From: Bacilli bacterium
GTDB taxonomy: Bacteria > Bacillota_I > Bacilli_A > RFN20 > CAG-826
Assembly: GCA_024408335.1 (NCBI GenBank)
Contig: JAKSVB010000002.1
Coordinates: 4,962-68,961 of the forward strand
DNA: 64,000 bases
Direction of reading: 5' to 3'
A model generated the notes under the pieces. It ran no database searches. It had not been told where the DNA came from and was given only the letters and a program-made list of their open reading frames with translations. Of the stretch, positions 18,894 through 27,897 are shown piece by piece (the first letter of the stretch is position 1; each line of letters begins with the position of its first letter). The position numbers and the translations under genes were made by a program.

Positions 18894-20784
18894 AAGTGTA
18901 TAAAATCCAATCTGCAGCGAAGAATGCTGCTGCTGCGATGATGATAGGGAGAAGGTTATCTAAGATACCATCGGCTCTTTTCATGTTTTCTGGTTCAGCG
19001 ATCGCGAAGGAGATAGGAGAAAGTTGCGTGTTCTCTTCTGATTCGTCAAGTTGAACGAAGAAATTGATAACTTTTGTTCTTTCGTCAGTGTAAGTGACGG
19101 TAAGGGTGTATTCACCAGCTGTCTTAGTCTCGTAGATGTATTGCTCTTTTCCTTCATAGTTGATGGTTTCGTTTGTTCCATCAGGTTTTGTAAGGACGAG
19201 TCTTTCTACGTCATCTGCAATGTTAAGTGTTGCCTTTTCGCCGACGACATAGTCGAAGTCGGTGAGGGTCTTTGGGTTGCAGTAGTCGACAAGGTTTCTC
19301 ATAAGAGGAACGAAGTCGTAGATAAGAGGAAGGTCAGTGTTGTGGAGGTCGAAGCTGAATATGACTTCACGAGAAAGTCCATCAGTTGTTCTTCCAACGA
19401 AGACTGCTGGTTTTCTGTTGACTGTTAAGACGGTTGTGAAATCGCTAAGAAGGGCGTAGTTCCAATATTTTTCAATATTGATAGCACGATTCATACCGAT
19501 ACCACGTGTAAGTGTGCTTAAGAGTGGGTCGGTATCATCGGTTGACCAATCAAGAATTGTTCCAGGTTCGGTTGTGATTTGCTCGTTGACCTTGAAACCA
19601 AGGATATCGATTGATCTAGAAAGACCGAAGAACATTGATGCGCCATCTTCTGGAACCTCAGTAGGGGTGTAGTTGTCGAAGACGTAGATGTTGTAACCAA
19701 ATGCATCGTTTCTGTATTGGCTTGGTGATACGACTTTGATGTTAACCTTCAAAGCTTTGAAGATGTTCTCTAAGAAGGTTGGTTGGGAACTGACGATAAG
19801 AGCACTTGTGTTGACGGTGGTGTCATTTGAGAAGACGGTGTATGAATTGTCTTTCATCATGCCATCTGTCTCTTTGATGACAGCCTTAATACCACCCATT
19901 CTTGTGCTGGTATAGGTGATATTGCCAGAACTGATTGCGAATGGAACACCTTTGGTGAGTTCGAATTCTTTGGTTGCGACCTCTTTCCATTCGTCTTCTA
20001 TTCCGTTATTGATATAGAAGGAAACGTTGATTTTGTGGTCGCTTGAATAAGAGAGAGCAGTTCCAGTGATTTCGATATATGCAGTGTTCTTTGGTCTCTT
20101 ATATGTGAGATCGGTGATAGCGAAGTTCTCTTCGTCATCGCCACAGTAGATGTATTCAAGAGTCTCTTTCTTGCCTTTTGCTGGAGCTTCGACGCTTTCG
20201 GCTGGTTTGTGATCGGTAACAAGGAAGCATTTTGTTGCCTTTCTTTCACTGAACATCTTTTGTGCTTCAACGACTGAGTCATTGAGTGTTACAGCGTATT
20301 CGCCAGGTTTTGCAGCATCGAGATAAAGCTCGAATCTTGAGAGGTCATCGACGTTTTTGCAAACTGTACGAACCTCTTTGTCGGCAAGGATGAGGGTGAA
20401 TGTTGATCCGTTTTCGGCAGCTGCTGCCTTTTCGCGGATGGCTTCGATACCTTTTTCGAAACGGGTAGTACCATCGCTAACCATGCCCATTGAAGCACTG
20501 GCGTCGAGGATAAAGACCATATCGTCTGCGGCTTCTTTAAGGGAGAAGACTGGGTGAGCAAGTGCGATGGAGAAAACCGCGATTGCTAAACATTGGACGA
20601 TAAGAGCGAGAAGGTGCTCGAATTTTGAAAGAGGGTTCTTACGCTTAAGGAGTTTGGCTGCAACTTCCCAGATATAGGTAGAAGGTGCGGTTTCTTCCTT
20701 ATATTTATTACGTAAGATGTAGATGATGATAAGCGCTGGAATGGCAAGAAGGCCAAGTAACGCAAGCGGGAATAAAAAGCTCAT
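18880..20784 (-). CDS. BatA-like protein: aerotolerance-regulator N-terminal TM domain plus VWA domain, 634 aa
   Basis: N-terminal LFPLALLGLLAIPALIIIYILRNK (BatA_N-like); MIDAS MVFILDASASMG; C-terminal TM helix. 4-nt overlap with the DUF58 gene. Confidence 0.7.
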   Translation of the reverse strand: MSFLFPLALLGLLAIPALIIIYILRNKYKEETAPSTYIWEVAAKLLKRKNPLSKFEHLLALIVQCLAIAVFSIALAHPVFSLKEAADDMVFILDASASMGMVSDGTTRFEKGIEAIREKAAAAENGSTFTLILADKEVRTVCKNVDDLSRFELYLDAAKPGEYAVTLNDSVVEAQKMFSERKATKCFLVTDHKPAESVEAPAKGKKETLEYIYCGDDEENFAITDLTYKRPKNTAYIEITGTALSYSSDHKINVSFYINNGIEDEWKEVATKEFELTKGVPFAISSGNITYTSTRMGGIKAVIKETDGMMKDNSYTVFSNDTTVNTSALIVSSQPTFLENIFKALKVNIKVVSPSQYRNDAFGYNIYVFDNYTPTEVPEDGASMFFGLSRSIDILGFKVNEQITTEPGTILDWSTDDTDPLLSTLTRGIGMNRAINIEKYWNYALLSDFTTVLTVNRKPAVFVGRTTDGLSREVIFSFDLHNTDLPLIYDFVPLMRNLVDYCNPKTLTDFDYVVGEKATLNIADDVERLVLTKPDGTNETINYEGKEQYIYETKTAGEYTLTVTYTDERTKVINFFVQLDESEENTQLSPISFAIAEPENMKRADGILDNLLPIIIAAAAFFAADWILYTYEQY

Positions 20785-21653
20785 GATATGACCCCCTTAT
20801 CTACCAGTGTCTTAAGGATGATTTCCTTAACTGATTTGTCCGTTGAAACGAGTTGGTAATCTGCTTCACGGGATGCGCAGAAGTTTGAGATACGGCCTGT
20901 GACAAATTCAACAGCCTTTTTGTAAGCTGCTAAGATTTCACGACCGATGACGTCTTTGTAGAAACGCATTGGATCTTCTGAGTCACGGATGATGGTCTTA
21001 CCACGAAGTTCTGGTTTCATCTCTTGAGGTGAGAGAACTTGGAGGCAGAGAACATCTCTCTTCTTGCCACGAAGATAGTCAATGCAATCAAAGAAGTTAT
21101 TGTCTGTTAAAAAGTCGCTGATAATGATGGATCTACCATCGCCATAGCCAACAACTGAACGGGTAATTGCCTCACTAAGATAGCAGTCGCCACCAAATTT
21201 AAGTTTATTGATAGCGCCGATAGCTTGGTTGAATGCGTCCTTTCCGACAATCTTTTCGATAATTGGTTCTATGATTTTGCCTCTTACAGCATAAATCGAT
21301 ACGCGGTCCATCTCCTTAATAGAGAGGTAGGCGAGTGCAGTGGCTAACTTGACTGCCATTTCATCTTTGCCGTTATATGACATAGAAGTGGAGCAGTCGA
21401 TATAGATACGTGTCTGCATCTGACGTTCATCAAGATATAACTTCAAGAACATCTTTTCGGTACGTCCGTAGATGTTCCAGTCGATCTTGGTGATGTCGTC
21501 ACCTTCGATGTAGTCACGGTAGTCGGCGAATTCACTGGATGAACCAAACTTTTTCGATTTGTGATTGCCGCCGAAAAGACCAGCGACATTATCCTTGACC
21601 GCTAACGAGAAAATCTCGAGTTGTTGGAAAAAGTTTTCGTCGATAACCTGCAT
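20781..21653 (-). CDS. DUF58 family protein (MoxR-associated)
   Basis: Hallmark GSSSEFADYRDYIEGDDITKIDWN (G.G.EF...R.Y..GDD.R.IDW); 290 aa; immediately downstream of the MoxR gene. Confidence 0.8.
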   Translation of the reverse strand: MQVIDENFFQQLEIFSLAVKDNVAGLFGGNHKSKKFGSSSEFADYRDYIEGDDITKIDWNIYGRTEKMFLKLYLDERQMQTRIYIDCSTSMSYNGKDEMAVKLATALAYLSIKEMDRVSIYAVRGKIIEPIIEKIVGKDAFNQAIGAINKLKFGGDCYLSEAITRSVVGYGDGRSIIISDFLTDNNFFDCIDYLRGKKRDVLCLQVLSPQEMKPELRGKTIIRDSEDPMRFYKDVIGREILAAYKKAVEFVTGRISNFCASREADYQLVSTDKSVKEIILKTLVDKGVIS

Positions 21654-21658
21654 AAAAA

Positions 21659-22648
21659 TTATCTGTTTCTACGAAGATCCTTAAGTAAGAGCTCGATAAC
21701 TTTATCGATTGAAAGGTTTTCGTTAATAGCGTTGTAGTTGATTTTGATACGGTGACGGAGGACTGGGTATGCTAATGCGTCGATGTCATCGAATGAAACG
21801 TTGTAGTTGCCTTTGATAAGAGCACGGATCTTAGCACCGGTGATGAGAGCTTGACCTGCACGTGGGGAGCAGCCATAACGGATGTATTTCTTGGTGATTT
21901 CGCTTGAATCTTCGAATTCTGAGTGGGTGTTGTGAACAAGAGCCATAGCGTAATCAAGAACTTCTTGAATACATGGAACGTCTTGAGCGACTGCACGCAT
22001 CTTCATGATAGCTGGACCATCGATAACTTTGGTTGCTCTTTCTTCTTGTGAGTGCTGGGTTAAGTTAACGATGTCGCCGAGTTCTTTGACTGATGGGAAG
22101 TCCATAGCGACTTTGAACATGAAACGGTCCATTTGAGCTTCTGGAAGTGGGTAGGTACCGTCTTGTTCAATAGGGTTTTGAGTTGCGAGAACGAAGTATG
22201 GTTCATCCATGACGTAGGTTTTGCCACCGACGGTTGTCTTGTGTTCTTGCATGACTTCGAGAAGAGCTGATTGGGTTTTTGGAGTTGCACGGTTGATTTC
22301 GTCTGCGAGAACGATTTGTGCGAAGATAGGACCCTTTGAGAAGTGGGTGGTTAAGTTGCCATTGTCGTCTTTACGGATGATGTTTGTACCGGTGACGTCG
22401 TTAGGCATAAGGTCTGGTGTGAATTGGATACGGCTGAATGGTAAATCTAAGGTGTGACCTAAAGATCTGACTAAACGTGTTTTACCTGTGCCAGGGACAC
22501 CTTCGAGAAGGACGTTACCGCCAGCAACGATTGCGATGATGATATCATCAAGGACTTCTTCTTGACCGATGATATCCTTGTGAAGTTCGGCTTTGATTTT
22601 TGCGACTGATTCACTGAATTCTTGAATCATTTGTTCATTTGCTTCCAT
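21659..22648 (-). CDS. moxR: MoxR-family AAA+ ATPase
   Basis: Walker A GVPGTGKT; the MoxR-specific region RIQFTPDLMPNDVTGT; Walker B LADEINRA; 329 aa. RBS aaaaggagaaaaaa. Confidence 0.9.
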   Translation of the reverse strand: MEANEQMIQEFSESVAKIKAELHKDIIGQEEVLDDIIIAIVAGGNVLLEGVPGTGKTRLVRSLGHTLDLPFSRIQFTPDLMPNDVTGTNIIRKDDNGNLTTHFSKGPIFAQIVLADEINRATPKTQSALLEVMQEHKTTVGGKTYVMDEPYFVLATQNPIEQDGTYPLPEAQMDRFMFKVAMDFPSVKELGDIVNLTQHSQEERATKVIDGPAIMKMRAVAQDVPCIQEVLDYAMALVHNTHSEFEDSSEITKKYIRYGCSPRAGQALITGAKIRALIKGNYNVSFDDIDALAYPVLRHRIKINYNAINENLSIDKVIELLLKDLRRNR

Positions 22649-22665
22649 TTTTTTCTCCTTTTGAA

Positions 22666-22684
22666 GGCCCGTAGCAAACGGGCC
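22666..22684 (-). promoter_or_regulatory. GC-rich intercistronic stem-loop between the disordered-protein gene and moxR
   Basis: Hairpin ggcccg-tagcaaa-cgggcc with no downstream T-tract, lying a few nt upstream of the moxR RBS. Possible attenuator or processing/stability element. Confidence 0.35.
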
Positions 22685-22737
22685 ATTTGTTGTTTTATCT
22701 TGTTTAATTAAAACCTTAATTATAGCGGTGGGGGCTA

Positions 22738-24519
22738 TTACTTGCCTCCGCCTTGACCTGAGCCATAGAGACCGTTGAAGTAATCTTCAGCAGCATCTCC
22801 TGCTTCTGGGTCGTCACCGGCATTGCCTTGGTGATCATCGACGAATCCGCCTTGGTAGCTGTTGATGACTGAACCGTATTCGGTTTGTCCGCTGCCAGTG
22901 TAGATTGTTTCGGTGTGGACGTCAGATCCGCCTCCACCTTGGCCAGCGCCATCGCCTGATCCTGAACCAGAGCCAGAGCCAGAGCCTTGACCGCTTCCTG
23001 AACCGGAACCATCGGTTTGGCTGCCTTCGCCTGATCCTGAACCTTCAGTGGCACTTCCATCGCCTGAACCGGAACCTTCGGTTTGGCTACCTTCGCCAGA
23101 ACCTGATCCTGAGGTCAAGCTTCCGCCCGATCCTGAACCTTCAGTTTGGCTACCGCCCGATCCTGAGCCTTCGGTGGTGCTTTCGCCTGAACCAGAGCCA
23201 GAACCTGATTCGGCTGGGTTAACCATTGAATCCATTTGTGATTTGATTTCTGAACCAGCACTTTGGATTGCGCTATTTTGGTTCATAGCGGATTCGATTT
23301 GGTTTGCTGCGCTTTGAATTGCGCTTGCCATTGAATTGGCTTGTTCGCTTGTTGGCTGACCTGATTGTCCTGGTTGTTGTTGGCCAGATTCTCCAGATTG
23401 TTGACCGGATTGTTGTTGACCTGATTGACCGCCGGATTGTTGTTGGCCAGATTGTCCTGATTGTTGACCTGATTGTTGTGGGTCACCTGATTGTTGTGGG
23501 TCACCTGAACCTTGTGATTGGCTTGGTTGTTGATTGGTGATGTTTCTTAATGCTTCTGCAAGAGCTCTGTATTGCAGTAAGAGGCTGTCATCCTCAGGAA
23601 CTCCAGCATTGATTGCTTTGTCGAGAGCGTCATCGATTTGATCTGCGACGTCATTTGCGTAATCGACTAAGTCTTGGCCGCCAAGCGTCATCAAGTAGTT
23701 GAATAAACCTTGGAGCGCATCTCTTTCAGCTTGGATATCATCGTGGATGAGTGCTGTACCCATTGACTTAACGAAGATGTCATCTTCTGTGGATAATGCT
23801 TGACCGATTTGTTTAGCGTAAGTGCGAGTTAAGTCATCAATCTCACTCTTAGCGGATTCAACAATCTCGCTTCTCTCGCTGATATCACTGACGCCTTGTA
23901 ATTCGCTTTGAAGTGAATCGAGGATTGATTCCATAGCGGATTTGATCGATTCAGCGATGTTGCTGTTTTCATCAAGGGAGCTCTTAGCTTCATCGACCAA
24001 TGAGCTTGTTAAGCTATCGAGATCAGCGCCAGAGGAATTTGATGTGCTGTCATATAAACGATTTTGGTTTTGTGGTGTGAAGAATGATGCAGTGAAGAAT
24101 GCTGCTGAGATAACAAGAGCAGGGATGGCCCAAACTGATAACGCGAATGGGAGAGCCTTAGTTGGTTTCTCTGCCAATCTTTCTTCGGCGTCCTCACGTT
24201 GCTTGTTAAGAATGACGCCTTCCTTGCCTTGGAACTCAATCATGGTTGAGATCTTTTCGTTAAGGCCGAGCTTCTTATCAAGTCTAAGTGCAATTTTCTT
24301 GTCGGATGGTTTGCATTTGTACCAGTACCAATATCCTCCAGCACCTCCGAGTGTTAAACCCGTAACGATGCTCACTACAACAGCGATGGCAGGGTTTGTT
24401 AAGAATGCAACAACGATTGCCAATGCTGCGCCGAGGAGTCCAACACCTAAGCCGACGAATAACGACTTGAAGATGTGTTCACGGAGTACTTTTTTCTTGA
24501 ATCTTTCGAAATCTTTCAT
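22738..24519 (-). CDS. Membrane-anchored protein (3 predicted TM helices) with a long acidic coiled region and an intrinsically disordered Q/S/G-rich C-terminal tail, 593 aa. First gene of the MoxR operon.
   Basis: Start re-chosen at MKDFERFKK (ATG rc at 24517-24519, RBS ggaaaggag), not the track's 24573. TM helices FVGLGVGLLGAALAIVVAFL and AIAVVVSIVTGLTLGGAGGYWYWY, then a third at ALPFALSVWAIPALVISAAFF. Tail carries (QQSG)n and (EGSGSGxGSQT)n repeats. Confidence 0.6.
   Translation of the reverse strand: MKDFERFKKKVLREHIFKSLFVGLGVGLLGAALAIVVAFLTNPAIAVVVSIVTGLTLGGAGGYWYWYKCKPSDKKIALRLDKKLGLNEKISTMIEFQGKEGVILNKQREDAEERLAEKPTKALPFALSVWAIPALVISAAFFTASFFTPQNQNRLYDSTSNSSGADLDSLTSSLVDEAKSSLDENSNIAESIKSAMESILDSLQSELQGVSDISERSEIVESAKSEIDDLTRTYAKQIGQALSTEDDIFVKSMGTALIHDDIQAERDALQGLFNYLMTLGGQDLVDYANDVADQIDDALDKAINAGVPEDDSLLLQYRALAEALRNITNQQPSQSQGSGDPQQSGDPQQSGQQSGQSGQQQSGGQSGQQQSGQQSGESGQQQPGQSGQPTSEQANSMASAIQSAANQIESAMNQNSAIQSAGSEIKSQMDSMVNPAESGSGSGSGESTTEGSGSGGSQTEGSGSGGSLTSGSGSGEGSQTEGSGSGDGSATEGSGSGEGSQTDGSGSGSGQGSGSGSGSGSGDGAGQGGGGSDVHTETIYTGSGQTEYGSVINSYQGGFVDDHQGNAGDDPEAGDAAEDYFNGLYGSGQGGGK
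22950..23200. repeat. Imperfect tandem ~33-nt coding repeats (TEGSGSGxGSQ units)
   Basis: Recurring gccttcggtttggctaccttcgcc-like units visible in the DNA; 5-6 copies. Confidence 0.6.
23340..23530. repeat. Short coding repeats (cctgattgttg)n encoding a Q/S/G-rich stretch
   Basis: Visible as ...gattgttgacc... repeated in the DNA; protein segment QQSGQSGQQQSGGQSGQQQSGQQSG. Confidence 0.55.
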
Positions 24520-24786
24520 AAGTATTTCTCCTTTCCAAAAGGGAGTTTTCCCATGCTCGTATAATACACGCATTAGCGAAAAAGGAAATGATTATTTTTG
24601 AAGAATTGGTAAATGTTGCAAAATCTTCAGTGGCCATCGATGTTTTTTGGTTGTCAGAAAATGAAAATTTTTTACGATTTTTGTTCACTTTGGACCTTTT
24701 TTCGTAAAATTAGAAAAAATTTTCAAAAAATCTTCCTAGCAAAAAGACCTCAAAATTGTTTACAATTATGGAGAGGTCAAAAACAT

Positions 24787-25275
24787 ATGAAAGAAAACAT
24801 TTCAGTTGAATTAAAAACCAAAGATGTTTCTGGTTTTAACGAAGAAACATTAAGAAAGTGGATGGATGAACTTGTTCATCAAGTCGTTAAAGCTAACTAC
24901 AAAGAACGCAATGTCATTGAGGAATTAGACAAGAAACTCGGACATGATTTGTTCTGGGAAATGAGCATTGCTGATTGGATGAAGTATCGTGGATACATCA
25001 GCGTCAAAGAAGCAGTGAACTTAGACGCAAAAAGATTTGAGCCATTTGGCGCTTTAGATCAAATCGATCTCCCAAAATGCTCAGTTTACTTAAAGACAGA
25101 AATCGATTTCTTCAATAGACATCATTTACGATTTGCATACCGTATCGTCGATCTTCACGGCATGGAAAAACTCATTGAATTTAGCGTGAATCTTCACGAG
25201 ACTAAACACCTTGCAGATCTCACTCTCATCCAACTTCTTCGTGCCTTCGGATTCAGTGTTTCAATCCACGGCTAA
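24787..25275 (+). CDS. Hypothetical cytoplasmic protein (162 aa)
   Basis: Start re-chosen at ATG 24787 with RBS ggagagg. The track's N-terminal extension from 24613 runs through an AT-rich promoter region. A terminator follows. Confidence 0.5.
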   Translation: MKENISVELKTKDVSGFNEETLRKWMDELVHQVVKANYKERNVIEELDKKLGHDLFWEMSIADWMKYRGYISVKEAVNLDAKRFEPFGALDQIDLPKCSVYLKTEIDFFNRHHLRFAYRIVDLHGMEKLIEFSVNLHETKHLADLTLIQLLRAFGFSVSIHG

Positions 25276-25298
25276 TCGAATAAAATTGGCATTTTTAA

Positions 25299-25326
25299 AA
25301 GGGTCGTCTGACCCTTTTTCTTTTTG
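25299..25326 (+). terminator. Rho-independent terminator
   Basis: Hairpin aagggtc-gtct-gaccctt followed by ttttctttttg. Confidence 0.75.
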
Positions 25327-25356
25327 CAAAAACAGTGTTTCAATATTGCATGAAAC

Positions 25357-25384
25357 TAAAAGAAAACCCTTGAGTTAACAAGGG
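25357..25384 (-). terminator. Rho-independent terminator of hpt
   Basis: Hairpin cccttg-agttaa-caaggg, followed on the minus strand by ttttcttt. Confidence 0.65.
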
Positions 25385-25395
25385 TCAAAATTCCA

Positions 25396-25989
25396 TTATC
25401 TTTTTGCGATTTTGAAATCCGGATTATCTTTAAGAAGAATCTCATCCCACTTCTTGAAGTCGTCTTCTGATGGAACGAAAACGTATGGTAAGCAACGTCC
25501 GATTCCATAGTAGTCGAAGCCATATCCAACGATGTATCTTTGTTCTTCAAGCACAACGCCGGTGAAGTCAGCGACTTCTTGATAATGAGGTTTATCGACT
25601 GCGCGTTTGACCATGATGACGACATAGAGGTGACGTGGCTTATAGGTTTCCATGATGTATTTACGGAGTAAATGCATGGTTAAGCCAGTGTCGATAATGT
25701 CTTCGATGATGTAGACGTCTTTGCCTTCGAGGACTCTGTCTGGTTTCTTTTTGATGATAAGCTCGCCAGTTGAAGCGGTGCCGTTATAGCTAGAAACCTG
25801 CATGGTGTCGATCTCGTTAGGATGCTTGATGTTCTTAACGAGCTGATACATGAAAGGGAGAGCGCCATTCATAATGCCAAGGAGAACAGGGAGGTTTGAT
25901 CCGTCTTCATCCATTTGCTTATCCATTTGAGCAGCAACTCTTTTGCAAAGTTCTTCGACTTCGATTTCAGAGAGAATAAGTTTTTCCAT
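25396..25989 (-). CDS. hpt: Hypoxanthine-guanine phosphoribosyltransferase
   Basis: PRPP-binding motif VYIIEDIIDTGLT; 197 aa. Confidence 0.85.
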   Translation of the reverse strand: MEKLILSEIEVEELCKRVAAQMDKQMDEDGSNLPVLLGIMNGALPFMYQLVKNIKHPNEIDTMQVSSYNGTASTGELIIKKKPDRVLEGKDVYIIEDIIDTGLTMHLLRKYIMETYKPRHLYVVIMVKRAVDKPHYQEVADFTGVVLEEQRYIVGYGFDYYGIGRCLPYVFVPSEDDFKKWDEILLKDNPDFKIAKR

Positions 25990-26067
25990 ATGTGTTATTT
26001 CCTTACTTAATAAGTGTACATTCTTTTTGGATCATTACCACTTTGAAACCGCTTCCAAAATTTGAGG

Positions 26068-26097
26068 AAAAAGAAAAAAGCCAGGAATATCCTGGCT
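26068..26097 (-). terminator. Rho-independent terminator of the lipoprotein pair
   Basis: Hairpin gccagga-ata-tcctggc, followed on the minus strand by ttttttctttttcc. Confidence 0.7.
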
Positions 26098-26119
26098 TAA
26101 TTGATGTTTGGTTAGCGGA

Positions 26120-27772
26120 TCACCAATCGTAGCTCCAATCGTAGTAGCCAAAGTGCCAAAGAACGATTCTGAGTGTGTATGTTCCATCGTCATTTGCAGT
26201 GATGACCATAGTTATTTGAATTTGGTAATCCCAATCGCTATCGTAGCCATCAGTTTTGTAGCAAACTCCATCTGCTTGTGAAGAGGCAGATACATCTGTA
26301 AAGCCTGCAGCAACACATGCTGAAACAATGCTTGAAACAACGGCTTGAGCTTCTGCTTGTGTTGCGTATACGGCATCTAAATAGCCGTAAACAAGGTCAA
26401 TTGCTTCGGTAGTATAATCTAAGTCATAGACCTCTTCTTCTGTTTCATCGGTGTAGGTTGCTTCGATTGGGTTACCGACATCGATTTGAGGGAAGGCTTG
26501 GGTAGTTGGGCTCATTTTGCTCATTTCTGAGTCGACAACATCATAGAAGTCGTCAACTGCAGCAGTGCCAGTTCCGCCAGCTGCTGTCTTTCTATAGACA
26601 TATGAAGCAATGGTGAAGGTTCCGTATGGGTATAAAGGATTTTGTGCGTCTGCGGCCTCGAACATAACCATTACGACTTGTTTGATTGTTCCTCTTGAAG
26701 TTTCTTCAAGCTCTTTCTCGTAGACATAAAGGCCAATAGTGGCATCGCTTTCTTCTTGGTTGAGGATATAGCCTTTAGCAGTGAGTTGAGCGACATATGT
26801 TGTAGTCTTATCGCCACTCTTGTAATCTTCCCAAACGAAGATTCCGTTTTGGGCAACGTATTCATAGGTAGCCCATGTTGCGCCTGTAGGGTATGGAAGA
26901 TCGAATGAAGCGTGATAATAGGTGGTGAAGTAGTTAAGTTCGGCTTGAGACCAAGCTGTAGCGGCTCTGATGCCTGTTGGGTTCTTTGCGAAGCTTTCAA
27001 TACCTAAATCGACGGTTGAGCCAACCTTTTCGATTCTCATATTTGAGATTGTGACATCGCGAAGACCGGAATCGGAAGCTGCTCCAGAAAGGGTGAGTTC
27101 CATGTTGTTGATGGTTTTGCCATCTTCAGTGATCTTGAATGCGACTTTCTTGGTTGAGTAGCTTGAGACGTATTTTTCGTAACCAAGAAGACCGCAGACA
27201 GCTGTGACAAAACTTTCGTCATAAGTTGTGAAGGTGTGGGTTCTTGCGCTTTCTGTCCAAGTAAGGTCTTTGCCGATTGTACCAAGAGCCTTGGTTGTGA
27301 TGACAAGATCTGAAGTAAGAAGGGTGGTGTTTGGAGAAATGACGTCTAAAGAAGTAATGTCTTCAGCATCGTCATCGTAAGTGTATGTGAATACACCATA
27401 GTTCTTAGCGATGAGGACGCCACCGTTTTCTGCACCGCCGTTCTCAATAGCGTTGTCGCTATAGATATCAAGGATACCGATGTTTTCGCCAAGGTAATAT
27501 GTTGAAACGGTTGTTGGTTCGACAAATGTTGATGAAGCGCCAGTTGCCATTAATTCAAAAAGTTCAACGAGCTTTTCTGTTCTTGTTTTTTCTGGAGCAA
27601 CGCTGCTTGATTCGGCTGGCACATTTGAGTTATTGGCGTCATTAGAAGTGCCTGCTTCATTTTGACTTGTTCCAGGTTGTTCTGATTCGCTCTTGCTACC
27701 AGTGTCCCCGTTAGCACACGAAGCAAGGACTAAAGGTAAGGCAAGAAGGGATACAATAAGTGATTTTTTCAT
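26120..27772 (-). CDS. Lipoprotein, paralog B (550 aa), function unknown
   Basis: Start re-chosen at MKKSLIV (RBS aggagg), not the track's 27802; lipobox LASCAN. Shares blocks with the upstream paralog: EKTRTEKL, ESARTHTFTTYDESFV, YATQAEAQAVVSSIVSACVAAGF. Confidence 0.6.
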   Translation of the reverse strand: MKKSLIVSLLALPLVLASCANGDTGSKSESEQPGTSQNEAGTSNDANNSNVPAESSSVAPEKTRTEKLVELFELMATGASSTFVEPTTVSTYYLGENIGILDIYSDNAIENGGAENGGVLIAKNYGVFTYTYDDDAEDITSLDVISPNTTLLTSDLVITTKALGTIGKDLTWTESARTHTFTTYDESFVTAVCGLLGYEKYVSSYSTKKVAFKITEDGKTINNMELTLSGAASDSGLRDVTISNMRIEKVGSTVDLGIESFAKNPTGIRAATAWSQAELNYFTTYYHASFDLPYPTGATWATYEYVAQNGIFVWEDYKSGDKTTTYVAQLTAKGYILNQEESDATIGLYVYEKELEETSRGTIKQVVMVMFEAADAQNPLYPYGTFTIASYVYRKTAAGGTGTAAVDDFYDVVDSEMSKMSPTTQAFPQIDVGNPIEATYTDETEEEVYDLDYTTEAIDLVYGYLDAVYATQAEAQAVVSSIVSACVAAGFTDVSASSQADGVCYKTDGYDSDWDYQIQITMVITANDDGTYTLRIVLWHFGYYDWSYDW

Positions 27773-27842
27773 AGTTATCCTCCTTAGGATAAGGACTATC
27801 ATAAGTTGTAAGGTGTTTTTTTCAAGTTTTAATTTTCTTTTT

Positions 27843-27873
27843 TATAAAAAAAGCCGACCTTTCGGCCGGCTTG
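27843..27873 (-). terminator. Terminator-like hairpin between the two lipoprotein genes
   Basis: aagccgacc-tttc-ggccggctt (one mismatch) followed on the minus strand by ttttttt. Confidence 0.55.
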
Positions 27874-27897
27874 GCATATCAATCGATAATTATTGGA

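Noticed and set aside
22950-23530. Considered whether the short tandem repeats could be a CRISPR array or minisatellite mobile element
   Set aside because: The repeats are in-frame within a continuous ORF, are imperfect, and lack repeat-spacer architecture (no unique spacers of constant length). No cas genes are nearby.
23048-23540. Several + strand ORFs (23048-23317, 23304-23540, 22905-23222) with PEPEP / repetitive peptides
   Set aside because: They are antisense/out-of-frame readings of the G/S/Q-rich coding repeats of the 22738-24519 gene, so the low complexity comes from those DNA repeats.
24613-24786. N-terminal 58-codon extension of the 24787-25275 ORF in the track
   Set aside because: The extension translates an AT-rich, homopolymer-rich promoter region (MLQNLQWPSMFFGCQKMKIFYDF...), whereas the ATG at 24787 has a proper RBS (ggagagg).
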